DNA of 63,979 bases, filler included, from Olpidium bornovanus S191 (GCA_017911155.1; 30 parts of 30 records of this genome joined end to end with filler, not necessarily neighbours in it), one strand, 5' to 3'; positions 25,060-38,120 are shown, counted from the whole stretch's first letter. Made by a program: numbers and translations. Notes: generated by a model from the sequence alone, not told the origin.

Positions 25060-26370
25060 TTACCTTTCACGGCGGTCGCTCCGAGAAAAGTGCCTGTCAT
25101 CACGGGGCCCGTGCCTATCGCCGCCTCCGCCGCGGTAGTCGCGGTCGTACCCCCCGCCTCCTCCGCGTGCGTAACCGCGGTCGTATCCCCGGTAGCCGGC
25201 GCCGCGTCCCCCCCCGCTGTAAACTCCCCGTCCTCCCGCTCCGTACCGGTCGCCGTGCCGGTCCCCGTAGCCGCCGCCCCGGCTGCCGTAGCTGCGGGAA
25301 TCGCTGTCGTGGTGGTCGGGGCATCCGGAAGGGGCCGACGGCAGACGATCGCGCGACTTGGATTTGAGCTCCTCGAGCTTATCGCGAATTTCCTTATATC
25401 CGAGGTGCATCTGAGGAAGCGAGTGACAATGCGTTCCGCAATATGCACTTGATCAGCAAAGGCCACACCCAACCAGTGTCGCGAGACGGAAGCTTCATGC
25501 CAAACGACACAGGAGGCTCGATCCAGAGAGACTAAAGCACCAGGAACTGCCGAAAGCATATCTCACCTTCCCACCAAAGTGGTCGGCAAGACGGGAATCC
25601 GAATCGTGGACGCTGAGGTATGCTGAGCAGGTCTCGCACACCTTCAGCTTCTGGTGTTGGCCGATGTCTCCGCCGGTGGCGGTCTTGAGTTTGACTTCTA
25701 GGTCGGCCTTGCGGGCCTTGACTCCCTCAACGTTCTTTAACGCCTCCATACTCTCGCTGACCTTCCCCTCCTCGCCGAGCTGCTCAACCGCGGCCATGAG
25801 CGTGGCCATCTCCTGCTCTAGATCCTGGATCTCCCGCATGAGCTGCACGGCCACGGGATTCTCGGGCTGCTTTTCGATGCGGCGCCGGTTCGCGACGACC
25901 TTGCGATCGCATTCGCTCACAAAGCGCTCGAGGGCCCTTTCCCACTCCCACTCGTAACCCAGGTCCTTCCCGGAGGCGACCGCCTTCTCGTACTCGTCTT
26001 TCAGTTTGTTCGAGTGGATTTGCGGGCACTCCCCGAGGTCCATTTTGGTGTTTCTGCAGGACCAAATCGGCACGTCGGGGCGGAAAGCAATTCTGAGCGC
26101 AGAGCCACCCCGTGGCGCGCACGAGGGACATGTGGTCTAAGAAAGAAGCCCGAACCGATCCTGCTGCGGGAGAACTTACGTGAAGCGAGTGTGCGGGCAT
26201 AGACCACAGAGAAAATTCCGGCAGACCTTTGGATCAGTGAACTCGACGTCGTCAGTGAGACCTGCACCAGGCGAAAGATTAGCATGCCACACGTTCCGAC
26301 CGGCACCAGCGCAGAACCCTCCTCCGAAGACACGGCTCACCCAAAGCCTCCGCCCCCATTAGGGCCTGGT
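25060..26370 (-). CDS. LUC7: U1 snRNP-associated splicing factor Luc7, multi-exon
   Basis: LMGAEALG / FTDPKVCRNFLCGLCPH.RFT / NTKMDLGECPQIH (ZnF1); QKLKVCETCSAYLSVHDSDSRLADHFGGK / MHLGY (ZnF2); RD/RG-rich tail. Confidence 0.95.
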
Positions 26371-29300
26371 CAAGAGCGGAGATAACGATTCGCCGAGAAC
26401 AGAAGGATGTTCGGTGAGATTTGCGGAAACACTCGCGTTCGCGAGGAAAACAAGGCGTACGGGTGAACGGGACTACTGCGTTGAAAAAAAAAAGAGTAGC
26501 GCTTTCCGCCAAAGAACCAACGACCGACGCACCGCCAGAGCAGCGCGCGCTTGCGCAGTCATCTTCCCTGATTCGGGGGCTCGCCGAAAGTCAAAAGAAA
26601 CCGGGGCTGGTTTTCGGAGGCAACCGCGAAGTCGGATGGCGCGTCGGGATGGGAACTCTGCACGACCCGAGCAGCGAAGAAGGCGCACGGGCGGGCGGGG
26701 GCATAAGTGTGGAGGCGGGGAGAAGGGACGTGCGGGGCCCAACGACAAAGTTAGCTCTCGGTCGTTCTACAACACCGGGGCCAAAAAAGCCGAAATCCGC
26801 CGAGGTGCATAGCCGCGAGCCCGCGCATGGCGGCCAGTAAGGCCCCCCACCACCCCGCCTTCATCCCGGCTCGTCGCTCTCTCGACCGGGCGCGAACGGG
26901 GGAAGGGAAGGGTTGTTGCATCCAGGCCTTCCGACCGAACTCTCACGGCTAACTTCGCCGGCACGTCTCCCTCGCGCGCGCCGCGCATCCTCCCCCCCCT
27001 CCCCTCTTCCTCCCCGGCCCACTCTTGCGTATTATCCAAAAAGGAGGCGCGAGGCCCGCAAAAAACAGAGGCTCGGCCCCGACCCACAGGGGAAGTTGGC
27101 TACGCGGAGCGGGCGGCAAACCGGCGTCCTTTTTTTTATTTTTCCCTGGGGAAGCGAGACGGGCGGCTCTACACGACGTTTTGGGGGCAGGGAAGGAGAA
27201 CCGGTCGGCCTTCCCCGGCCCGCCTAGGCCACACACGTGTCCCCGCCCCCCCCGCCCCCCCCCGCCACCCATCGACACCCGCATCTCTCCCCTTTTCACC
27301 CCAGCTCTTCTGCTCTCCTGCTCCCCCCCTCCTTTGCCNNNNNNNNNNNNNNNNNNNNNNNNNNNNNNNNNNNNNNNNNNNNTTAATTAATTAANNNNNN
27401 NNNNNNNNNNNNNNNNNNNNNNNNNNNNNNNNNNNNNNCCCCTTGGAGCTCTTCCTCCCGCCGTCAAACGCAAACAACGGAAGTGAAAAGGAGAGAGAAG
27501 AAGGAAGAGAGAGAGAGAGCCCCTTTTCCGCAACAGGCGACAAGGGAGCAAAAACATGCCGCGCGCCGTATATTAATAGGGTTCATGGACGGAAATGCTG
27601 CCTTTTTTTGTGACCTTGGACATGCGCTCTCAGTTCACGTGACCAGTGAAAATGCAACCGACCGAAAGGGGAGCTCTCCGAGCTTCCCCCTCCCCTTCGA
27701 ACGCAAACAAGGGAAGACAGAAGAAGGAACACGGGAAGAAGCGCAGAGCGAATCGTAACACTTTTCTAAATCACCGGCCAAGCTTTCTCCGCCCGCACAG
27801 GCAAAACAGGTTTTTTTAAAACAATAATGATAATTAAATTAGGATCAATAAATCCATCTATATCTTAGGTGATATTGCTCGGCTAACATAATAAATAATT
27901 AAATAGCTCAGCGCAATCGGATCTGCGGCGGGGTCGACGAGATCGTGTGCGTCTACTGCGGGCGCGAAAACGGACGCGCCGGCGACTAAACCGCAGGCGA
28001 TATATGCAACCCTGGGATGACTGTGTGTTTGGCTCGAAGGCCAACATATTCGCACCCCCCCCACTCCCCCCCGCGACGGCCCTTTCCCGCGACCGCTTTC
28101 TACTTTGCTGCAAGGCGGCAGCCGCGCCCAGTGACGGCACACACTTCGCGAAGAGTCGTCGGAGAGCAAGCTCCCCTCATTTGCGGCGGTGGGTCGGATG
28201 AGCGAGGCCTGGGATGGCGAAAACAAAGCGGAGGCTCTCTTTGCTGGGGAACGCGACGCGGTGGCAGAGGCAAGCGGTTCTTGGTCAGTAAGACTTCGAT
28301 ACACCTGCCGCCCCCTGCCTCCTCCAACTCGGCGTATCCCAAGGGCGACCTGGAGATTGTTGGAGAATGTCGCTGGATAATTAGAGCACAAAAAACGATT
28401 TAAAGGTCGGTTATGCGCATACCAACCCACTTTTATCTCTGCATTCTTCAACCTGCCGTGTTGGCGCATTCCTGGCGCGGCTGTGCCGGACCGCCGAAAA
28501 AAAACTTCGTAACGCTCCGCGATGTGGGAGTATCCTCAGAGGGCAGCGAAGCTGTTTGCAGAATATATCATTGCAAATTAAAAATGGAAAACAAAAATTC
28601 GGCAGTCATTTGCGTACCAACCCACCTCCTGGCAGTTGGAAAACCCGGCCCGAAGGTGAGGTTGGCGACGGGAACTGTGCCGGGGCTCCGAGGGCAATTC
28701 CGCCACGCGAGGCGGCCTTGGGCTTCCGCCGCGTCGCTTGCTTCTGTTGGCGCGTCCGCGCCACAGATAGCTTGCGGGACGGTCAGTTCGCTGGAACCAA
28801 AAATTTTTCAGCCGGCGGTTTGGGTGACCTCGCGTTCGCGGTTTTTTTTTCTCTCGTAAAAGAGACAACGTTGCGGCGCGGAAGGAAAGTGGGGAGGAAA
28901 GGGTGTCGACGACTTTGCGCTTACCGCGTCGTGGGGGGGTGGGTGGGTGGGTGGGGGGGAGGGGGTTCCGGGAGGCTGTCGCAGCGCGCACACTCGTCGG
29001 CAGCGGTCCCCGTCTGCGTCCCCGGCGCCCGCCCCGTCGCCGGCAGACGAACCTGAACCGGCAGACGGGGGCGGATCGCGCGGGCGCTTGCGGGGGTTTG
29101 CGTGGAGGGACGCCACCTGCGCAGGGTCCTTCTGCGGCCGCATGCCTCGCCGCAAGCCTCTCAGACCTGCAAGGAGCCATTTGGTAGGAGTGAAACGCGG
29201 GGGGGGGTGGATGCTGGCGGTGGGGAGCTTGCCAGGGGTTGCGGGCGCGGTGCGGGAAGCGGGCAATTGTTTGCCGGCCGGTGGATCTGGCGCGTTTGGG

Positions 29301-29957
29301 GGATCTCTCGCTCTCACTCTCGTTGATTTGGCGGGATGAAGAAAGCGGAGGCTCGGCGGCGGAAGGCGAACGCCTTGTACACCCCGGCCCCGGGGGTGCG
29401 TGGGGGAAGGCGGGCGGAGAAAGGGGCCGCCCGGCTCTACCATAGGAACTAGTATGGGGGACAGTGGGGGTGTGTGGGAGCTGACCGGACCTGCCGCCCT
29501 TCTTTCCTCCCTTCCTTCCTTCCTTCCTTCGGGCGCGGGCGTGAGGGTTACATGAGGGGCGGAGCAGGAGGAAAAGCGTCAGAAAGAACCAATAAGAAAG
29601 ACCGCGCCTTCCGTCTTCCTCCCGTGCGCGCTCGCCCGGCGCACCTTGTACGCCCTCCGCCGCCGCCCTGTTCCNNNNNNNNNNNNNNNNNNNNNNNNNN
29701 NNNNNNNNNNNNNNNNNNTTAATTAATTAANNNNNNNNNNNNNNNNNNNNNNNNNNNNNNNNNNNNNNNNNNNNAGACACTTCCGCGGCGGGCTCCCTAA
29801 ACATCATTCTTTTTCCTTTTATCTTTTTTTTTTAAAAAAAAAAAAACAATTTATTATTTACGGAATTTGGCCTGATGTCTTTCAGGCGTGTCGGGGGGAG
29901 CTGCTTTTCACGCGTGCGCGATGCGACAAATCGACGCGAAAAAAACGAGAATGATTC

Positions 29958-30516
29958 ATGCCCTCGATCATAAACGGCTGGGACTACCGCGATCCCCGCG
30001 AGATGGCGCGCCTGATCCGCAGGCTGACCACCGACTTCGAGTTCTGGAAGTCCCACCTCCGGTGGAAGGCCACCCCCGAGGCCTCGAAGGGAAGCGCGGC
30101 GGCCCTCAGCGAAGGGTACAGGGGTTTGCACGATAACAACTTCGGTGGGAAACAAGAACCGGTCCTTTTTTTCATTTTCTTTTTCTTTTTTTTTGGATTC
30201 TGTTTTGTGGGAGAACGCTTTCGCGTTTCGCGCTTCTGTTTTCGCCCTCCACCCCGTTGGACCCCCCGGGAGGGATTTTCTCTCCTTCCTGTTTTTTCTC
30301 CCCCCTTCTCAACAGTCCTTCGCGTTCCGGCCGCTCCCCCTCACCCCCGCCCTTCCCCCGGCCCGGCCAGTCGCCACCGGGCGCACCTCGTGGATCTGCA
30401 GGACGTGCGAGTATTACGCGGAAAATTACGACTTCGAAGGTTGGGAGGGCGATTCCCTTGAGAGCACCGTCGTGGACGACGGCGAAGACGAGCAGGCGTA
30501 CGGCAACGCGCGGTGA
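29958..30516 (+). CDS. C-terminal fragment resembling a GT10 alpha-1,3-fucosyltransferase
   Basis: PSIINGWDYRDPREMARLIRRLTTDFEFWKSHLRWK parallels the GT10 consensus P.SFI.V.DF.SP.ELA.YL..L..N...Y..Y..W. A final exon TCEYYAENY..* is predicted. Confidence 0.5.
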
Positions 30517-30772
30517 CAAAAACAAAATAAGAAAAGTATACAGTCTTACGTGTAGGTTCCACAGACGTTTTTCGTGAGATAGAAACGGCACACGCCCCGG
30601 CACCTGCTTTTACGGGCTTTGCGAATTCCCAACTCATAACCTTCCCCCCCCGGCCCCCCCCTTTTTCCCCCCATTTTTTTTTTCTTTTCCCTTTTTTTTT
30701 TTTTTTTTTCCTTTGCTGTTTTCGCCGGGATCATCCGGCCGCTTTCCCCGCCAGGAGACGCGCGGGACCCCG

Positions 30773-30918
<146 letters not shown>

Positions 30919-31059
30919 NNNNNNNNNNNNNNNNNNNNNNNNNNNNNNNNNNNNNNNNNNNNTTAATTAATTAANNNNNNNNNNNNNNNNNNNNNNNNNN
31001 NNNNNNNNNNNNNNNNNNGGCGGGCACGGGGGGGGGGGGGGGGGGGGCCCCAAAGCGGG

Positions 31060-31094
<35 letters not shown>

Positions 31095-31204
31095 GGCGAA
31101 GGGGGGGAAGCACGCAAGGACACACGCACCCACACAAAAAACGCACGCACACAGGCACACGCACAGAAGAGGGAACCAGACGCGAACTCCGGTGCGGTCG
31201 AACG

Positions 31205-32720
31205 ATGACGGAGAAGCTGCCCCCGAACCTGCTGCGCCTGTTCGCGCCGCGCCCACCCCTCGCCTACCTGCCGCCGCTGGACAGGGCGCCGGAGAAGAGA
31301 AGGGGCCCCCAGTTGTCGGGAATCGGGGAGTTTCTCGAGGCGCTTACAAGCGGCGAGCACGATAAGGACTACGTGCCCACCGAGACCCTGGATGAGAGGA
31401 GGCGGAGGAGGGTGAGCCGCGGGACAAATGCATGAACGCACGCGCGGCGCTTGGTTTTTTTTTGAACCCTTTGCTGCGGACGCATTTCGAATTGGTTCGA
31501 GTGCGCGCCTCTCACAAGGGTGGCGGGAGGCGGGGGAAGGGAGGGGGGAGGGAGGTGGGCGGGGAGTCGACAATTTCTTTCCTTACTTCCCTTTTTTTGC
31601 TTGCCAAACCAGATTGAGCAAAGGAACAAGAAGCACGCAGAAGCATTAAAGAAGGGTCTTGAGCTATGTGCGTTCTTGCCGGCATAAGTGCATGCCACGC
31701 TTCGCAAACGGGCGCCCTAGCCGCGTCGAGGACTTAACAACGCGTTTTTCGCGCGTCCTCGTCAGACGACGCGAACTCTGACCCAAACGCCGTCGGCGAC
31801 CCCTTCAAGACTCTCTTCGTTGCGCGCCTGGTAAGCCTGAAGGTTTTTCAAGTTTGCGCTGATTCCGGAAATTCACAGTCGTTTGCTTTAACCTGGGGTG
31901 TGCTTTCCTTTATTTCCCCCAGAGCTATGATGTTACCGAAGCGGACCTGCGAGCGGAATTTGAGCGATACGGCGACATTGCCAGCGTACGAAGGCCTTTG
32001 TCTTGCCGTCTACTTGTGGAGACTGTTTGGGCGATCTATCCACTCTTTCTTGATTCGCGTTGTTTTGCAGATCCACCTCGTGAGACACAATAAGACCGGG
32101 AAGTCCCTGGGGTACGCCTTCGTTGAGTTTGAGAGGGAGAAGGACATGAAAGGTAATAGTAAAGGCTTCTGCCGTTAGCTCTACCGCGGTGTCGGTCATT
32201 TTCGTAACAAGAGGGGAATATTCCTTGCGCTGCTTTCCACGAATAGCCGCCTATAAGGACGCTGATGGCCTCAAGCTCCTGGGAAGGCGTGTAATGGTCG
32301 ACGTAGAGCGTGGGCGCACGGTTAAGGGCTGGAGACCACGCAGGCTAGGTACAGTTTTTTTGCAGCGTTATTAGATGGTTTTTTTTGCCCAGATATCTTG
32401 TCGTCTAATCCGCAATTTTTCTAAAGGCGGCGGCCTGGGAGGCACGCGGACAGGTGCTCCGGAGGTCAACCAGCGCTATTCCGGTCGTGAGCTGCCTCCT
32501 GGCCAAAGACCCCCGCCTCAGGATTATATCCCGTCTGGTGATCGTGGGTACGGTCCCCCGCGGGTGGGTAGCGGCTACGGTCCGCCGCGGGGCGGTGCCC
32601 CACGCGACTACGGCGGTCCGCCCCGCGACTACCACCAATCCTCCCGGGGTCCGCCACCTCCTTCACACGCGGGAACCCCGCGCTATGACCGCGGGCTTCA
32701 CCTGCCCCCACACAGCGGAC
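31205..32720 (+). CDS. SNRNP70: U1 small nuclear ribonucleoprotein 70 kDa, multi-exon, 3'-truncated
   Basis: [24 protein letters not shown]; [23 protein letters not shown]; [14 protein letters not shown] (RNP1); [34 protein letters not shown]. Confidence 0.97.
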
Positions 32721-33239
32721 NNNNNNNNNNNNNNNNNNNNNNNNNNNNNNNNNNNNNNNNNNNNTTAATTAATTAANNNNNNNNNNNNNNNNNNNNNNNN
32801 NNNNNNNNNNNNNNNNNNNNCGTCGCCGGGTAGGTATACGAAAAAACCGCGTGAATTGGCTGCCTTTTGCGTGTTTTATACGTAACGTTGTAATCGAGAC
32901 TGGCTTGAGCACCGCAGTGCTGAGTTAAAAGCGTTAGTCCTCTGCAGCATGTCAATCCACAAGGTGACGCATATGGGTCCTCGTAGGAGATGTCCGGGTA
33001 TTGTGGAATATACGCGGGCCAATGACCATGTCCTGTCGACTCGTGAAGTCGGAAGCTGATTCAAAATTTTTTGAGCTTGTGGGTGGACGCCGATATTGTC
33101 CTCGGTCTCCACATCGTGACGTTAGAGGACATTTGAACCAGAACCTTCGACATGGAAGCGTCGATGGAGATCATACCTCACCTATTTGGGACAGAAAGGG
33201 TACAGCCAGTGCCAATGTCACTTGCTTTCGGTGAAATCT

Positions 33240-33712
33240 AACTACGAGACACATGAGACCTGGCCATCCCAGACGGCATTTATCACTGTCAAAACCTCAT
33301 TAGGTATCTCGGTTCAATTGATCACCACATTATAATTGGACATTGCGACAAGAGTAGAGCACTTGAAGCGCATCCACTCTTACCTGCATGAGTAGTACAT
33401 CTGGGACTATGGCACAGTGCTGATGCTGGTGAAGCTCTGGTCGCAAATAACGCTTATTCGGATGGGGCCAAAGCCTTGGACGGCAAGAGCATCAGGTATC
33501 TCCTTATGGGTGGTGCGGTTGTGTGGAGATCTGGCATGAAAAGAGCGCATAACGATATTGGACCAAGACGCAATTCACAGCTGCGGCCACACTCGCCCAG
33601 CTGTGCCGGGTTCGTGTGGCGTTCCATACCAACGTCGATCTCGGGAAACTATTGCAATCACGATCTAGTGGATAACGGCGGCACCGTGGACATTGCGTCA
33701 TGGTTGGTGTGA
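33240..33712 (+). mobile_element. Highly degenerate Copia RT/RNase H remnant
   Basis: EHLKRIHSYLHE*, HLGLWH, AYSDG, DGKSIRYLLMGGAVVWRS, corresponding to Copia KRILRYL..T..GL.Y / YSDAD / RSTSGY.F..GG.VSW.S. Confidence 0.5.
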
Positions 33713-34108
33713 AGAGGAAAGGAAGGAATGCTAACGTGAAAAGAGATGGCGATTCCCCTTGGTTCCTCTCTTTTCCCTCCCCGCCGCCTCCGCATTCGTA
33801 CTCATTTCAATGGTGAATTCGTCGGCGCGGGGTTTTTTTTCTGTCTTTGCGTGTCCGCATGTCCGCAAATGACGCGGCTGCTCAAGGGGTGCAGCAGGCC
33901 AAAAGCGTAGCATATTCCGGCGGGCTGGCGGAGGGGCGGCGCGAACGCCGGGCGCAGTCAGCCCGGCAGTAGGGGAGGGGGGAGGAAGGGGGGCCCCGGG
34001 AGAAAGCCAAAAAACGAGGGGGCCGGGCGGGTTTTTTTTTTACGCTCCTGCGTTGATACCCCCCCCCCCCACCCCCCTCTTCCCCAGTGCGAAGGCTCTG
34101 TGGCAGCC

Positions 34109-35049
34109 ATGGTGGAGGCGACAGGCGCAGCGGCCCGACAGGGACAGGCGGCAGGGGAAGGGGACGCGGAAGTTCGTGCAGCGGCTGCAGCAGCGGCGGC
34201 GAACGGGAAGGGGTGAGCAAGGAAGGCTTCTGCGGCCGCGTTCCATGGCGCGCGAAAAAAAAAATAGCCGGGAAACCGCAGAGAGCGTGCTGACGACTCC
34301 GTTCCACCGTTCTTGAACTTCGCGTGCGACCGTGTGCCGCGCGCAAAAGGCGAACGGAGGTAAACTGGTTGACATACGGATAACGCGGTGGGGTGGGGCG
34401 GGGGTCTTACGCCGGATGCCCCAATCGGTGACGCCTGTTCCTCACGCGAACACAACATACCGCCGCAGTGGTGGAGCCGGAGGACAACGTAGAAAGCAAC
34501 GACGACGGCGACGCCGCTGCAGAAGGCGAAGCCGGCCAGGAAGCCGCGTCGAAGAAAAAGAAGAAGAAGAAGCGGTCGAAAAAGAAGTCGGGAACGGCGC
34601 AGAACAACGGCGCCGCGCTCACTCAGACCGAGCCGCCGTCGATTCCAGTTTACGACCTATTCCCAAATGGCCTATTCCCTGAAGGCGAAACGTGCGACTA
34701 CAAAGACGAGTTGAGTACCAAGGCGTCAGATCTCAAGGCGTATAATTGCACTTTTGTGGCCAATCGCCGATATTTCCACCGAAGGATTGTTGCTCCGGCC
34801 TTTCGGAGTGGCGGTTGCTGGTACCTTTCGAATATAGGAAGCTGACCCAGAATGTCCCGTTGCTTGCCTCTTTAAGCAACTTGTGGCGTTCCACCAACGA
34901 AGAGAAGCGATACCTCGAGCGCATGAACCATGACCAATACAACGAGGCCCGCGCCGCTGCAGAGGTTCATCGCCAGGTGCGAACATATGCCCGGAAGCAC
35001 ATAAAGCCGGGCATGCCCATGGTCGAGATCTGTGAGATGATTGAGAACG
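34109..35049 (+). CDS. MAP2: Methionine aminopeptidase 2, N-terminal part, 3'-truncated
   Basis: Poly-Lys N-terminal tract, [61 protein letters not shown]. Confidence 0.95.
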
Positions 35050-35149
35050 NNNNNNNNNNNNNNNNNNNNNNNNNNNNNNNNNNNNNNNNNNNNTTAATTA
35101 ATTAANNNNNNNNNNNNNNNNNNNNNNNNNNNNNNNNNNNNNNNNNNNN

Positions 35150-35198
35150 AATACAAAAAAGCTTTAACCCGAAAACCGCGACCAACGTCCACAGCACA
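35150..35198 (+). mobile_element. 3' end of LTR family X inserted antisense into a Copia integrase
   Basis: AAAAAGCTTTAACCCGA..GACCAACGTCCACAGCACA is shared with 21761-21803. The Copia integrase reading stops exactly at this junction. Confidence 0.65.
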
Positions 35199-37744
35199 TA
35201 CGGAGTGTCCTTTGTGCTGACAAAATGTCGAACTCCCCAACGGCGCAGGTCCCCTTGCATCTCGCCCATGTACTTGCCGCCACCATCAGTCTGCAGCACC
35301 TTCATGCGATATCCAGTAGAGTTCTCCGCTTTGGCCTTGAACCGCCGCAGCCGGTCTGCGCAGTCACTTTTTGCCTTGATTGGGTAGACGTATAGGTACC
35401 TGGTCGCCTCGTCTAGGAACGTAACAGCAAAGCGCGCTCCTCCCATGGATGGCACAGGGAAACAGCACATCCGAGTGTACCTTTTCCAGCGCCCTTACCG
35501 CTCGCGTCCCCTCTCTTTCTCGCGGGATGTTCACTGGTGGTAGGCGTGCGACAGGGCAGATCTCGCAACCTTGGAGTTCTTTGGCATAGCCCATACGACA
35601 GTGATGCAGTGTCGCTTCCCGTGATGGTGCTCCGTTCACCGTCAAGGCCGCTGCCGCTGTCCCGCCGGTCTGCGTCGTGGGTATGCGCACCTCCATTTCG
35701 TAGAGCCGGTTCCTGAGGCGCTGCCCAATGATGGTCAATTTCCCGCGCACAGTCACTTGGCATTGGTCTCCCTCGAAACTGATGGCCCCCCCGCGTTCGG
35801 TTATCTGTCCAATTGAAAGGATGTTTTCGGTCATCTGAGGAACCACATGCACATTCTCCAGCTTCAGGTCTCCACATGCAGCAATGAGTCTCAGGGATCC
35901 ATTTGCAGTCACCAGCAGGCTCTCGTCGTTCCCGATAAACACCTTTCCCCGGCATGCCTCGATGTTGGTCAGAACGGATGCATCCGGGACGATGTGGTAC
36001 GTGCTCCCGCTGTCGAGGATCCAGTGACTGTTTCCTGTTCCTTCAACGCACTTACACCATGGCGTGGTCTTCGCTATCCGCCTCCCCATGGGCCATGTGC
36101 ATCCTCACGTTGTTGCTACCAGGGTGCCATTTTCCTCGCCGAGCTTCCGAGCGCCGCCGCCGCCGCGGGCAGACCGCCGCTATGTGGCCGGCCTTGCGGC
36201 ATTCGTAACATCGCCTGGAGTCCTTCGCTTCTGCTGCCGGCGGTGCCGTGGGCGGCGAGAGTGGTCGTGCCCAGGCCACAAGAGCACCTCTGTCCTCGTA
36301 GCTTGCGGCCGTCACTGACCGTCTTGTCGAGTCTGCTTCTCGCAGGGCCGTCAATGTTTTTCCCAACGATGGCGTCACCCACTCACCACGTTTGTCATCG
36401 TAGTAGACGCGACTCGATGACCCGTCAACCGCCACTCGGAGCAGATGGAGGCTACCAATCATTAAAAGGTCACGCGTCTCGTCTTCCCAGTCGCGCACAT
36501 TTTTCTCTCCCATGTCCAGGAGGCGTGCGACTTGATCCTTCAGCCTCACAAGAAAGTGGTCAAAAGACTCCGTATCCTCCATGCGCGTGCTGTACAGAGC
36601 GACTGTTGCCTCCACTCGTGCTGTGGTACGCGGTGACTCGAAGTGCGCTTGCAATGACGCCCACACTTCTCTCGCTGTTTCCTTGCCCTTCATCAGGTGT
36701 TTGTAAAGGTCAGAGATATGCAGGAAAAGCTCGCCATACGCCTCTCTGTTCGACCGGTTCCAGTCACGTAGCTGACTCGGTGTTCCATGAGTGGGACGTT
36801 CGTCTTCACAAGTCACGACGTCCCACAGTCCACGGCGGAGCAGCACGGCGCGCATGTTCTCCTTCCAGGACGTCCAATTGTCCTCGGTGAGCAGGGGAAT
36901 CATCAGGCGAAGAGTCGACTCTATGGTTCAGGGCCTCGTTGGGTAATTCGATGAAGAATGTGAGTGAATGCCTGCGAGTTCTTAGGTGGACGGCGGAGAG
37001 TGCCACGTTCAGGTACACGCAAACAAACAAACAAGCACTTGCCGGCAGCCCCATTCTCTTCGTGAAGAGCAGCGGGGCAGAACGGGCTTGGCGGGGGCCT
37101 GTCTTGTGCTCCTTCTGCTCTCCTTTGGCGCTCCTTCTGTGCGCGCCAACGGGTGGCGGCGGCTCTCTTTCTGCTCTCCTTCTGCGCGTGCGCCAACGGA
37201 TGGCGAGCGGCTTGACTCAGCCCTCAGCGGCAGCGCCAACAGATGGTGCGCGACTTCTCTTTTTGCTCTCCCTCTGCGCGCGCGACGGCGCCAACAGATG
37301 GCGCGCGGCTTCTCTTTTTGCTCCCCCTCTGCGCGCGCGACGGCGCCAACGGATGGCGCGCGGCCTCTCTTTTTGCTCTCCCTCTGCGCGCGCGACGGCG
37401 CCAACAGATGGCGCGCGGCCTCTCTTTTTGCTCTCCCTCTGCGCGCGCGCCAACGGATGGCGCGCGGCGGCGGTTCCCCTTCTGCTCTCTTTTATTTGGC
37501 GGCGCCGACGAACGGCGCGAGCTCTCTCTTTGGAGGACGATGGAGCGGACAGGGGAAGGTCGGGAGGTCGGGAGGTCGGGAGGTCGGGCTCACGGGCAGG
37601 GCGCCCTTGGGCTCATAACCTGTTGTAGAACCGTGTTGTTTTATTGTGGACGAGAGAGAGGGGGGGGGGGGAAAAAAGGGGCGGAGAGTGGCGGAGAGGT
37701 ACAGTTCAACTAGTGGGTGAACTACAGGGTAACACAACACAACA
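35199..37744 (-). mobile_element. Ty1/Copia element 5' half: LTR, PBS, repeat-rich leader, gag, protease, pre-integrase, integrase (frameshifted)
   Basis: LTR 37621-37744 (TGTTG...CAACA, with AATAAA); PBS GGTTATGAGCCC at 37609-37620; gag MIPLLTEDNWTSWK..LWDVV with zinc knuckle CYECRKAGHIAAVC; protease WILDSGSTYHI; VHSDV; TFLDEATRY; LQTDGGG. Confidence 0.95.
37140..37480 (+). repeat. 55-bp tandem repeat in the Copia leader (~4 good copies plus degenerate flanks)
   Basis: Unit GCGCCAACAGATGGCGCGCGGCTTCTCTTTTTGCTCTCCCTCTGCGCGCGCGACG, head to tail with no spacers. Confidence 0.9.
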
Positions 37745-38035
37745 TGACTCGCTCGTTCAACTCCCCGCGTGTTTTCGTTCCGGAATCGATGCGCAACGAT
37801 GTCCTGACACTTTCCACAATCACCCCTTGTCCGGTCACCTTGGTACCGCGCGAACAACCAAACATCTCCGTCACCATTATTATTGGCCTGGGATGCACGT
37901 CGACGTAAAGAAATACATTAAGTTGTGTGAACTCTGCCAGGTTCACAAAATCCGCTCGCCGAAGACCGTTTCCCCGCTTTGCTTTGTCCAGCCTGACACT
38001 GCCTTCGATGCCGTTTCGATGGACATCGTTGGCGG
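37745..38035 (+). mobile_element. Ty3/Gypsy integrase N-terminal fragment (target of the Copia insertion)
   Basis: RVFVPESMRNDVL [frameshift] HNHPLSGHLGTARTTKHLRHHYYWPGMHVDVKKYIKLCELCQ..AFDAVSMDIVG. Confidence 0.9.
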
Positions 38036-38120
38036 CGGCAAAACGAAGCCTCTCGCGTCAGGTTATCGATCGTGTTGCCCGTGGTCGTCCTGGTTATTCT
38101 TCGCGAAGCCGGTTTTCGTG

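Noticed and set aside
27439-29674. Possible spliced orphan gene on the minus strand (e.g. exon ELTVPQAICGAD..GPGFPTARR near 28625-28790)
   Set aside because: Splice-like boundaries exist, but no consistent reading frame or recognisable family could be assembled.
37140-37480. 55-bp repeats as a CRISPR array
   Set aside because: Head-to-tail units without unique spacers, in a eukaryotic retroelement leader, with no cas genes.
37609-37620. GGGCTCATAACC as a tRNA-Met gene
   Set aside because: Only 12 nt of the anticodon arm, with no acceptor, D or T arms. It is the Copia primer-binding site read on the opposite strand.
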